Positions 18,819 to 26,727 of a stretch of DNA of 32,000 nt are shown here, piece by piece. The stretch is taken from positions 1,110,001 through 1,142,000 of the forward strand of contig NZ_CP008796.1 of assembly GCF_000734015.1 (NCBI RefSeq), read 5' to 3'. The stretch comes from Thermodesulfobacterium commune DSM 2178 (lineage in GTDB: Bacteria > Desulfobacterota > Thermodesulfobacteria > Thermodesulfobacteriales > Thermodesulfobacteriaceae). The notes under the pieces were generated by a model that was not told the DNA's origin, ran no database searches, and saw only the letters and a program-made list of their open reading frames with translations. The first letter of the stretch is position 1. The number at the start of each line of letters is the position of its first letter. The position numbers were made by a program, and so were the translations under genes.

Positions 18819-19658
18819 TTAATCTTCTAACAATTCTTTAAGAATCTCTTGAGAAAGGGAAAAACTTTCCTTTTCAGAAGGGAACACTTTTTCTTTACAT
18901 TCCTTTATATATTGCTCTAAAGCCTTTTTAAAAGCACCAAATCCATCAAAATAAGCCTTAACAAACTTAGGTCTGAACCTTTTAAAAAGACCTACTATAT
19001 CATGAAAAACCAAGATTTGTCCATCCACAAAGGGACCTGCACCTATACCTATGGTAGGAACGTTTACTTTTTCGGTTATCACCTTAGAAAGCTCTGCAGG
19101 CACACATTCTATAACTATAGCAAAAACTCCTGCCTTCTCTAAAATCTTGGCATCCTTTATCAACTTTCTGGCACTTTCTATGGTTTTACCCTGAACCTTA
19201 AGGCCACCTAACTCCGCCGCCCTTTGAGGGGTAAGGCCTATATGCCCAAGTACAGGTATCCCTGCCCTAACAATAGCTTCAACCGCCTCTGCCACCTCTT
19301 CTCCACCCTCTACCTTAACTCCATGACACCGTCCTTCCTTGATCATCAAACCTGCATTATAAACTGCCTGTTCCTTTGAAACCTGATAGCTTAAAAACGG
19401 CAAATCACCTATCCTTATAGTATTAGGAGCCCCTTTACTTACTGCCCTACAAAAAAGAAGCATCTCTTCCATCCCAATAGAGAAGGTATCTTCATGTCCT
19501 AACATCACCATCGCCGCCGAATCACCAACAAGGATAAAATCTACTCCTGCAGCCTCAGCAATCTGAGCAGAGGTATAGTCATAAGCAGTTGAGGCCACGA
19601 TAACCTCTTTTCCCTTTTTTTCCCTAAGACCATAAGGGCTTATTTTGAAAAGAGACAT
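18819..19658 (-). CDS. panB: 3-methyl-2-oxobutanoate hydroxymethyltransferase
   Basis: 279 aa. The VGDSAAMVMLGH, VKVEGG and GHIGLTPQ motifs are typical of PanB. Confidence 0.9.
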   Translation of the reverse strand: MSLFKISPYGLREKKGKEVIVASTAYDYTSAQIAEAAGVDFILVGDSAAMVMLGHEDTFSIGMEEMLLFCRAVSKGAPNTIRIGDLPFLSYQVSKEQAVYNAGLMIKEGRCHGVKVEGGEEVAEAVEAIVRAGIPVLGHIGLTPQRAAELGGLKVQGKTIESARKLIKDAKILEKAGVFAIVIECVPAELSKVITEKVNVPTIGIGAGPFVDGQILVFHDIVGLFKRFRPKFVKAYFDGFGAFKKALEQYIKECKEKVFPSEKESFSLSQEILKELLED

Positions 19659-20638
19659 AAACCTTCCTCCAAGGGATTTATACCAAACCTTTCTTTAAGA
19701 TAAAGATAGCCTTTTTGGGTAAGCACCCTTCCTTTTCTTGTGCGAGCAAGCATCCCTAACCTGATGAGGGCTGGTTCATAGATACTTTCTAACTCTTCAA
19801 CACTTATACCTGAAGATAAAGCAAGGGACCCTAAACCCACCGGACCACCCTTAAACTCTTTATATAATGTTAAAAGGCACTTTCTGTCCTCAGGAGTAAG
19901 TCCCCATTCGTCTATGTCTAAAAGCTCTAAAAACTCTTTTACCAAGCCTTCGTCTACTTTTATAGGTTCTTCTGACTGGCTACGAGTTAACCAGGCAAAA
20001 TCTTTTAACCTCCTTAATAAGTTTATAGCCTGCCTGGGGATGCCCTTTGAAGCCTTGGCTAAACTTAAGGCTGGCTTTTCGTCTATGTAAAGACCGTAAG
20101 CTTTACCTACTTTAATGATAATCTCTTTTAATTCTTCGTCAGTATAAAAATTAAGTTTAAAAATAAGCTGAAACCTGTCTCTTAGTGGTGCCAAGCAAAG
20201 ATTAGGTTTATTGGTTGCGGCAATCAGCGTAAACTTAGGAAGGCTTAACCTGATGGTTTTGGCCACCTGACCTTTACCGATCACGATGTCTAACGCAAAG
20301 TCTTCCATGGCTGCATAAAGCACCTCTTGACATACCTTAGGCATACGATGTATCTCATCTATAAAAAGTATATCCCCTTCCTTAAGGTTTGTAAGGACTG
20401 CGGCTAAGGTGCCTGTTTTATCGAGGACAGGACCTGAGGTAATCTTAAGGTCTCTTCTTAACTCAAAAGCTATAATCCTTGCTAAGGTTGTTTTCCCAAG
20501 ACCTGGAGCACCTATAAAAAACGTATGAGGAAAAACTTCTTGTCTGCTTTTTACAGAAGGAATGTATATCTTAAGCTCTTCTTTTATTCTTGTTTGACCT
20601 ATAAATTCTTCAAGACTTGACGGTCTATATAAAACCAT
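19640..20638 (-). CDS. ruvB: Holliday junction branch migration helicase RuvB
   Basis: 332 aa. RPSSLEEFIGQ, Walker A GAPGLGKTT and Walker B LFIDEIHR. Confidence 0.93.
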   Translation of the reverse strand: MVLYRPSSLEEFIGQTRIKEELKIYIPSVKSRQEVFPHTFFIGAPGLGKTTLARIIAFELRRDLKITSGPVLDKTGTLAAVLTNLKEGDILFIDEIHRMPKVCQEVLYAAMEDFALDIVIGKGQVAKTIRLSLPKFTLIAATNKPNLCLAPLRDRFQLIFKLNFYTDEELKEIIIKVGKAYGLYIDEKPALSLAKASKGIPRQAINLLRRLKDFAWLTRSQSEEPIKVDEGLVKEFLELLDIDEWGLTPEDRKCLLTLYKEFKGGPVGLGSLALSSGISVEELESIYEPALIRLGMLARTRKGRVLTQKGYLYLKERFGINPLEEGLCLFSK

Positions 20639-20733
20639 ACAAAATTATTATACCACAAAAGAGAAGTCCAAATAGTATCAAAAAAACTCATTAAAAAAAT
20701 TCAAAGCTTAAAATCTTTTTAACAAAAACAAAC

Positions 20734-20762
20734 TTGACAAAAAAGGATAGAAGCTGTAAATT
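20734..20762 (+). promoter_or_regulatory. Putative sigma-70-type promoter of nrdD
   Basis: TTGACA (20734..20739), a 17-nt spacer, then TAAATT (20757..20762). Confidence 0.5.
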
Positions 20763-20768
20763 TAAAAT

Positions 20769-20816
20769 TAACTAAATATTGTGGTATTTTCAAAGAAAAA
20801 ACACAATATATTGTAG
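20769..20816 (+). promoter_or_regulatory. Two NrdR boxes upstream of nrdD
   Basis: Box 2 ACACAATATATTGTAG (20801..20816) closely matches the 16-bp palindromic NrdR-box consensus acaCwAtATaTwGtgt. Box 1 TAACTAAATATTGTGG (20769..20784) is weaker. The boxes start 32 bp apart (about three helical turns) between the promoter and the SD. Confidence 0.7.
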
Positions 20817-20837
20817 TTAAACTAACAGGAGGTCTTG

Positions 20838-23800
20838 ATGGAGCCGTTAGTCAGAAAAAGAAACGGCAAAGTTGTTCCTTTTTCTCGTTTTAGGATCATA
20901 AACGCTATCCATAAGGCTATGAAGGCTACCCAAATAGGCACCAAGGCTGATGCTGAAAAAATAGCTGATGCTGTTTCTATCTTTCTTTACAGAAATTATT
21001 TTAAAAAGGGAGACATTCCTCATGTGGAAACCATCCAGGACATCATAGAAAGAACTTTGATGGAAAGAGGGTTCCCTGAGGTAGCTAAGGCTTATATTCT
21101 TTATCGTGAAAAGAGGCGTCAGGCAAGAGAAATCGGGCAAGCCTTAGTTGACGGTATTAACCTTATAGAGGAATATATCGGCAATGAAGACTGGAGGGTA
21201 AAGGAAAACTCTAACATGAGTTTTAGCCTTCAAGGGCTTAATTTTCATGTAAGTTCTTCTATCGTTGCCCGTTATTGGTTAGAAAAGCTTTATCCTAAGG
21301 AAATCGCCGAAGCTCATAGAGAAGGGGACTTTCATATTCATGACCTTGGCTGTCTTTCAGCCTATTGCATGGGATGGGACCTATATGACCTTCTTTTAAG
21401 AGGATTTGGAGGGGTGAGTGGTAAGGTTGAAAGTGCCCCTCCTAAGCATTTTAGGTCTGCCCTTGGACAGATAGTAAACTTCTTTTATACCCTTCAAGGA
21501 GAAGGGGCTGGGGCTCAAGCCTTTTCTAACTTTGATACCCTCCTTGCTCCTTTTGTAAGGTATGACAAACTAACCTACCCTGAAGTAAAACAATGTATGC
21601 AGGAGTTTCTCTTTAATGTAAATGTGCCAACCAGAGTAGGTTTTCAATGCCTTTCTGAAGATACAGAAATTTTAACTCCAAATGGTTGGAAGAGGTGGAA
21701 TGAAGTTAATGAAGGAGATTTTATCTATACTTTTAATCTTGAAAAGGGGACTATAGAACCTGCAAAGGTTACTTATGTGTTTAGAAGGAAGTATGAAGGC
21801 ATAATGTATAACTTAAAAAATCGCAACCAGGATCAGCTTATCTCACCTGGCCATAGAGTTGTAAGACAAATATTTAATACAGATAAATTTATCCTTCAGC
21901 CTATTGAGGAGATACTTGGGTTTAAATCTCCTATTCCAATACCTGTTACAGGAGAAAACTCAAAAGAAGATTATCCCATTTCAGATGAGGAATTAAAGCT
22001 TTGTGCCTGGGTTCTTTCAGAGGGTTCAATAGAAAAAGACGGATCTAAAAGAGTTAGTATTTATCAGTCTAAGGAAAAACATCCTGAAAATTACGAAGAA
22101 ATCAAGGCTTTACTTGAAAAATTGAACCTTAAATATACGGAAAGAGAACAGGAATCCTGGGGGAAATGTATCCATATAAGACTTTCTCCAGAGTCAAGCA
22201 AGTTTGTTCATGCGGTAATGGGAAATCCAAAAAAGATATTCCCTTTTTATCTTTATCAGTTAAGTAAAAGACAGGCTCGTCTTTTCCTTGAAACTTATGC
22301 TAAGGGTGATGGATGGATTGATGGAGGGAGGATAAGAATTACAACTACTGATAAAGATTTTGCTGATGGACTTATGGCAGTGGGAGTTCTCGCAGGATAC
22401 AATGTTTCCATAAGAGAACGCAAACCCGAAATAAATAATAAAAAATTAAGATATGAGCTAACCTTTACTCAGACTAAAACTGATTATATCCAACAAATAG
22501 ATAAGGTTCCTTACTGTGGTATCATCTGGTCAGTTCATACCGAAAATGAAACTGTAATTGCAAGAAGAGCTGGGCAGGTGTTTATAACTGGAAATACACC
22601 TTTTACCAATCTTACCTTTGATCTTAAGCCTTCAAAGCTTTATGCCAAGGCAAATGTCATAATAGGAGGGAAACCTCAAGACAGTGTGTATGAGGAGTTT
22701 CACAAAGAAATGTCTATGATAAACAGGGTTTTCTGTGAGTTAATGATGGCAGGAGATGCTAAGGGAAGGATTTTTACCTTTCCTATTCCTACTTATAACA
22801 TCACTAGGGATTTTGACTGGGATAATCCTGAATATGAACCTCTCTGGGAGATGACCAGAAAATACGGGATACCTTATTTTGCAAACTTTGTCAACTCAGA
22901 CATGGACCCAGAGGATGCCTTCAGCATGTGTTGTAGGCTTCGTCTTGACAAGAGAGAACTGAGGAAAAGAGGAGGAGGGTTGTTTGGGGCTAACCCTTTG
23001 ACCGGAAGTATAGGGGTGGTTACCATCAACATGCCAAGGCTTGGATATCTTGCTACCTGTGAAGAGGATCTTTTTGAAAGGTTAGAAAGGTTGATGGAAC
23101 TTGCTAAGGTATCCCTTGAGATCAAAAGAAAAGTGATCGAGGATTTTACTGAAAAAGGACTTTATCCATATTGTAAAGTTTACCTAAGCTCGGTAAAAGA
23201 GGCGAGAGGTGCTTACTGGGCTAACCATTTTTCTACCATAGGACTTGTAGGGTTGAATGAGATGTGTCTTAACTTTTTAGGTAAGCCCATATATGATCCA
23301 GATGCCAAGGAATTTGCTATAAAGGTATTAAAGTTTATGAGAGATAAAATTGCAGACTTTCAGGAAGAAACAGGAAATCTTTACAATCTTGAGGCCACCC
23401 CAGCAGAAGGAACAAGCTACAGACTGGCAAAAATTGACAAGAAAAAATTCCCTAGGATCAAAACCGCAGGTACTGAAGAAGCTCCTTACTACACTAATTC
23501 TTGCCATCTCCCTGTTAACTATACAGACGATATTTTTGAGATACTTACCCATCAAGATGACCTACAGATACTTTTTACTGGTGGAACGGTCGTTCATCTT
23601 TTTATCGGAGAAGAAATCCATGATACCAACGTGGTAAAGGACCTGGTAAAAACCGTGGTAGAAAACTTTAGGCTTCCCTATTTTTCCATCACACCCACCT
23701 TTTCTGTCTGTCCTGTACATGGCTATCTACCTGGGAGACATGACTTCTGCCCCTATCCTCATTCTGAAGCTGACTTAAACAGGTTTGGGGTAGAAATGGA

Positions 23801-23849
23801 GCTTCCGATTAGTCTGGCTAAAAATTTTGCTAATACAGCTATAAGTTAA
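20838..23849 (+). CDS. nrdD: Anaerobic (class III) ribonucleoside-triphosphate reductase NrdD, intein-containing; it ends before the glycyl-radical motif
   Basis: N-terminal ATP-cone (VRKRNGKVVPF...ILYREKR). Class III core, and the first part of the C-terminal zinc knuckle (FSVCPVHGYLPGRHDFCPY). ATG at 20838, 5 nt after AGGAGG; the track start at 20835 is TTG. TAA at 23847..23849. Confidence 0.9.
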   Translation: MEPLVRKRNGKVVPFSRFRIINAIHKAMKATQIGTKADAEKIADAVSIFLYRNYFKKGDIPHVETIQDIIERTLMERGFPEVAKAYILYREKRRQAREIGQALVDGINLIEEYIGNEDWRVKENSNMSFSLQGLNFHVSSSIVARYWLEKLYPKEIAEAHREGDFHIHDLGCLSAYCMGWDLYDLLLRGFGGVSGKVESAPPKHFRSALGQIVNFFYTLQGEGAGAQAFSNFDTLLAPFVRYDKLTYPEVKQCMQEFLFNVNVPTRVGFQCLSEDTEILTPNGWKRWNEVNEGDFIYTFNLEKGTIEPAKVTYVFRRKYEGIMYNLKNRNQDQLISPGHRVVRQIFNTDKFILQPIEEILGFKSPIPIPVTGENSKEDYPISDEELKLCAWVLSEGSIEKDGSKRVSIYQSKEKHPENYEEIKALLEKLNLKYTEREQESWGKCIHIRLSPESSKFVHAVMGNPKKIFPFYLYQLSKRQARLFLETYAKGDGWIDGGRIRITTTDKDFADGLMAVGVLAGYNVSIRERKPEINNKKLRYELTFTQTKTDYIQQIDKVPYCGIIWSVHTENETVIARRAGQVFITGNTPFTNLTFDLKPSKLYAKANVIIGGKPQDSVYEEFHKEMSMINRVFCELMMAGDAKGRIFTFPIPTYNITRDFDWDNPEYEPLWEMTRKYGIPYFANFVNSDMDPEDAFSMCCRLRLDKRELRKRGGGLFGANPLTGSIGVVTINMPRLGYLATCEEDLFERLERLMELAKVSLEIKRKVIEDFTEKGLYPYCKVYLSSVKEARGAYWANHFSTIGLVGLNEMCLNFLGKPIYDPDAKEFAIKVLKFMRDKIADFQEETGNLYNLEATPAEGTSYRLAKIDKKKFPRIKTAGTEEAPYYTNSCHLPVNYTDDIFEILTHQDDLQILFTGGTVVHLFIGEEIHDTNVVKDLVKTVVENFRLPYFSITPTFSVCPVHGYLPGRHDFCPYPHSEADLNRFGVEMELPISLAKNFANTAIS
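21648..22595 (+). mobile_element. Intein (316 codons) with a LAGLIDADG homing-endonuclease domain, inserted in nrdD
   Basis: The junctions are VGFQ|CLSEDTEILTPNGW ... GQVFITGN|TPFTNLTF. Block B reads SPGH. Two LAGLIDADG-like motifs are present (LCAWVLSEGSI and LFLETYAKGDGWI). Block F-like IIWSVHTENETVIA. The C-terminal Asn is followed by a +1 Thr. Confidence 0.85.
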
Positions 23850-23873
23850 AACTCCCACCCAAGGAGGATTGAG

Positions 23874-24056
23874 ATGAAAGAAGAAAAGACTCAAAAGGTA
23901 AAAGTGGTTCCTTGTGAGGTTTATAGCAGAGTGGTTGGTTATTTTAGACCGGTACAGAACTGGAATAAAGGTAAACAACAAGAGTTTAACGAAAGAAAAA
24001 CTGTAAGACTTGACGGTTCTTTCAAAGTAAATTTTTCTCCTGTAGGAAAACATTAA
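23874..24056 (+). CDS. Stand-alone NrdD glycyl-radical domain ORF (60 aa)
   Basis: MKEEKTQKVKVVPCEVYSRVVGYFRPVQNWNKGKQQEFNERK... carries the class III RNR glycyl-radical signature (RxxGY...WN.GK..E). AAGGAGGA (23861..23868) lies 5 nt upstream of the ATG. The ORF is in the same frame as nrdD, 8 sense codons after its TAA. Confidence 0.8.
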   Translation: MKEEKTQKVKVVPCEVYSRVVGYFRPVQNWNKGKQQEFNERKTVRLDGSFKVNFSPVGKH

Positions 24057-24290
24057 TGGAAGACCAAAAAAGGGAGTGTTACCTCCCTTTAGTAAAGGAA
24101 AAAAAGCTTAAAGAAAAAGGTTGGGGCTGGGGTCTGTGATTTTTGTGGAAAATCCCAGTCCTTTTGTTATCTCTGTACCCACTGCGGTCTTACCATTTGT
24201 CAAACTTGTTTTATAGAAAATCAGAGAATGTTTACCAGAAGTGGGGTAACCTGGGTTTGTCCTTCTTGCCTTAACTGGGAAACTCTTTAG
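24056..24290 (+). other. Cys-rich (9 Cys) zinc-finger-like mini-ORF, frame-disrupted
   Basis: The ATG at 24056 overlaps the upstream stop (TAATG) and gives MEDQKRECYLPLVKEKKLKEKGWGWGL*. The +1 frame has no start codon. From 24135 it reads CDFCGKSQSFCYLCTHCGLTICQTCFIENQRMFTRSGVTWVCPSCLNWETL*. A-runs lie between the two parts. Confidence 0.35.
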
Positions 24291-25090
24291 ACTAAAAATT
24301 TAGCTATTAAAGGGGCATGGTCTGACGGCTTAGGTTTAGTTCGAAAACTTTTTTCTACATAAACGTCTCCTAACTTTTCTAACAAAGGCCTAGTGATAAG
24401 AATATGGTCAAGACGCATCCCCTGATTTTTCTTAAAAGCCCCAAACTGATAATCCCACCAGGTAAAAACCCCTCGGGCATCGGGATACTTCTCTCGCAAA
24501 GTATCATAAAAACCAAAAGAAAGAAGGTCAAAAAAAGCTCTTCTTTCCTTTTCAGTAAAACAGATATGTCCTTCTAATAAACCTGGGGCAAACACATCCT
24601 TATCTTCTGGGGCTACGTTAAAGTCTCCCATAAGGATGATAGGGTCCTCAGGAGAAAAGGTTTTCTCAAAAAACTCTTTGAGCTGCCAGAAAAAACTTAG
24701 TTTGTAGTAATAGTAATCTGACTCAGGTTGACCTCCGTTTGGTATATACACCGAAAAAACCCAAAGAGAAGCGAAACCAAAGCCCTCAACCTCTATCCCA
24801 ATAAGCCTTTCTTCTGCATCAGGAAAACTCTCAGGCTCTGAAGTATTTTCGAAACCCCGTTTTATAATCTTTGGAGCCACCTTTGAAAGTAAAGCCACTC
24901 CATTTCTCCCCTTCCCTCCAGAATGAACTACATGATAACCTATCTCTTGATAGGGTTTAAAAGGGAAATCTTCGGTCTTTACCTTGGTTTCTTGTAAAGC
25001 AAGGAGGTCTGGACCGACCTCCTTTAAAAATTCTAAAACCTGTTCTTTTCTAACTTTTATAGAGTTAACATTCCAGGTAGCAACTACCAT
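24287..25090 (-). CDS. xth: Exodeoxyribonuclease III
   Basis: 267 aa. WNVNSI...LLALQETKV at the N-terminus and SDHAPL at the C-terminus are typical of the Xth/APE1 family. Confidence 0.9.
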   Translation of the reverse strand: MVVATWNVNSIKVRKEQVLEFLKEVGPDLLALQETKVKTEDFPFKPYQEIGYHVVHSGGKGRNGVALLSKVAPKIIKRGFENTSEPESFPDAEERLIGIEVEGFGFASLWVFSVYIPNGGQPESDYYYYKLSFFWQLKEFFEKTFSPEDPIILMGDFNVAPEDKDVFAPGLLEGHICFTEKERRAFFDLLSFGFYDTLREKYPDARGVFTWWDYQFGAFKKNQGMRLDHILITRPLLEKLGDVYVEKSFRTKPKPSDHAPLIAKFLV

Positions 25091-25101
25091 GATAAATAGA
25101 A

Positions 25102-25272
25102 TTACCCAGCTTTTTTCTTACATCCTCTTTTCTTAGGCTCACAAGAAGAGGATGAATTAGCTTCTGTCCCTTCTTTAACCATCGTGTTCATCTCTCCACA
25201 TTTAGGGCATTTTTTAGGCTTACACCTTGATTCTTTTGTTTCTCCGCAGTTACTACATTTCCACAACCCCAT
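25102..25272 (-). CDS. Small zinc-ribbon protein (56 aa), function unknown
   Basis: MGLWKCSNCGETKESRCKPKKCPKCGEMNTM... with CxxC..CxxC and a basic Cys-containing tail. The ATG at 25272 is preceded by GAGGAGGAGG. The track start at 25290 lies inside that SD. The gene ends 12 nt upstream of xth. Confidence 0.55.
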   Translation of the reverse strand: MGLWKCSNCGETKESRCKPKKCPKCGEMNTMVKEGTEANSSSSCEPKKRGCKKKAG

Positions 25273-25436
25273 AGTCCACCTCCTCCTCAAAATAATATAA
25301 AACTTAACTTTTATTAATACTCATTTTAGAAAAATTTCAAGACCTTTAATACGAAATTTTCTACCTGTTTTTATCTGAGGGAAATTTTTTTTTTACTGAA
25401 CATCAACTTAAATATGGTTAATATTTAAAAGTTAAG

Positions 25437-25462
25437 AGGGATAACCTTGAGGGGTTATCCCT
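25437..25462 (-). terminator. Hairpin downstream of the porin gene
   Basis: AGGGATAACC-TTGAGG-GGTTATCCCT is a 10-bp perfect stem, 24 nt after the porin stop. The T tract is weak on the minus strand. Confidence 0.5.
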
Positions 25463-25485
25463 TTGTACTATTTGTCTTACAAAGC

Positions 25486-26637
25486 TTAAAAAGTTAAGTT
25501 TAGCCTTACCCCGAAGATATGACCTTTATTTTCTGGGTTTTCCTCGTACTTAAGCCTATCTTTCATCCATTGCCAGTCAAAGGTGAGATGTGAGGCAAAG
25601 AGTTTTTCTTTTTCGTATATAGGAACAGAAAGATAGGCTTCTACAGCTTGTGTATGTTTTAGTTCTTCGTTTTTGGAAGAGGCTTTAAGGTAAGCGTAAC
25701 CTACCCCTAATTCAACGTTTTTTACACCAAAGGGTTTAAACTTATAGTTCAACCCTAAGGAATACATGCTTTTGTAGTCTATTTCTGCGTCATCATCCTG
25801 AAAACCAGCTCTTGCAAAAACCCCAAGGGTATCTTTGATTATATCCTGGTCTATAGAAATACCCCAGCCTTTTAAGGCCTTTTTCTTTTCTCCATCCCAA
25901 TCAGGGAAACGCTTGTTGGTAGTAAAGACAAAAACCCGATAGTTTCCTTCTCCAAGAGAGGTTTCTAATTTATACCCTACCTGAGCAGCATAATAATTAT
26001 AAGTTTTCTTGTCAAACCTCGGGTCCTCATTCTCGTCAGTTTTACTTTGCATCCCCAATAAGGCTAAACTAAAAGGCCCCTTAGACCACTCTACAGCTAC
26101 CCCGTAGTCATAACTTACAAGGTTAGCCAACGGGTTGTTTACAAAAGCCTCGTTCATAAACTGGGTCAATTCATCGTTTGCAAACCGGTTTTGGTCGATG
26201 AAAGCGGTTGCGTCTATGATTCCCAAGGTTGTTTTAAGGGTTGAGTTGCCTGGTAGATCAAAGGTTCTTGCATACCAAAGTTCTTGCAAATGGTCTCTTG
26301 AACGGTTGTTGATGTTGTGAAGGTCATCCCTGAGGTCATCTGAATTAGGGGAGAGTTTAAAAGGACTAACCTTTTTTAATCCATTTCCTTTGGCAAAACT
26401 ACCTCTTACAGAAAATTCATCCTTTTCTGTAGGTTTAAACGTAACCCTTGCGTCAAGAACCACAGACCCTTTTTCCTCGTCCTTAAAATCTCCCTTTCTC
26501 TTATCTAACCACTGGTAAACCCCTGTCAAGTTTGCCTCGATAGAGAGTTTTTCGTTTACCTCATAAGCCTTAGCCTTAACAGGAACTCCAAAAACCAAAA
26601 GACCTAAGGACAAGGTCGTAAAAACCTTTCTTATCAT
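25486..26637 (-). CDS. Outer-membrane beta-barrel porin (possibly OprB/carbohydrate-porin-like)
   Basis: 383 aa. Signal peptide MIRKVFTTLSLGLLVFGVPVKAKA, alternating beta-strand pattern, and a C-terminal ...GVRLNLTF ending in Phe. It lies downstream of feoB. Confidence 0.65.
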   Translation of the reverse strand: MIRKVFTTLSLGLLVFGVPVKAKAYEVNEKLSIEANLTGVYQWLDKRKGDFKDEEKGSVVLDARVTFKPTEKDEFSVRGSFAKGNGLKKVSPFKLSPNSDDLRDDLHNINNRSRDHLQELWYARTFDLPGNSTLKTTLGIIDATAFIDQNRFANDELTQFMNEAFVNNPLANLVSYDYGVAVEWSKGPFSLALLGMQSKTDENEDPRFDKKTYNYYAAQVGYKLETSLGEGNYRVFVFTTNKRFPDWDGEKKKALKGWGISIDQDIIKDTLGVFARAGFQDDDAEIDYKSMYSLGLNYKFKPFGVKNVELGVGYAYLKASSKNEELKHTQAVEAYLSVPIYEKEKLFASHLTFDWQWMKDRLKYEENPENKGHIFGVRLNLTF

Positions 26638-26727
26638 AATCTCCCCCCTGATTTAGTTTTAGCTACATGTTTTTACAATTTTAACATAAACTTTAAAGTT
26701 GTGCCACCTTTATCATAAAAATAATTT

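Noticed and set aside
23757-23912. The ~52-codon stretch between CPY and CEVYSR in nrdD as a second (mini or split) intein, or as an intron.
   Set aside because: At 156 nt it is far too short for an intein or for a group I/II intron. It does not start with Cys/Ser/Ala or end with His-Asn/Asn (it ends VVP). It contains a stop plus an SD and ATG instead. A split gene or a nonsense lesion fits better.
24098-24106. gaA-AAA-AAG in the mini-ORF as a dnaX-type -1 programmed frameshift site that would join it to the Cys-rich frame.
   Set aside because: The heptamer is in the right phase, but a -1 shift reads AAA AAA GCT TAA and terminates at once. The Cys-rich frame is +1 relative to the ATG frame. 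The CTG-TGA-T context at the end of the first frame does not allow cognate +1 re-pairing.
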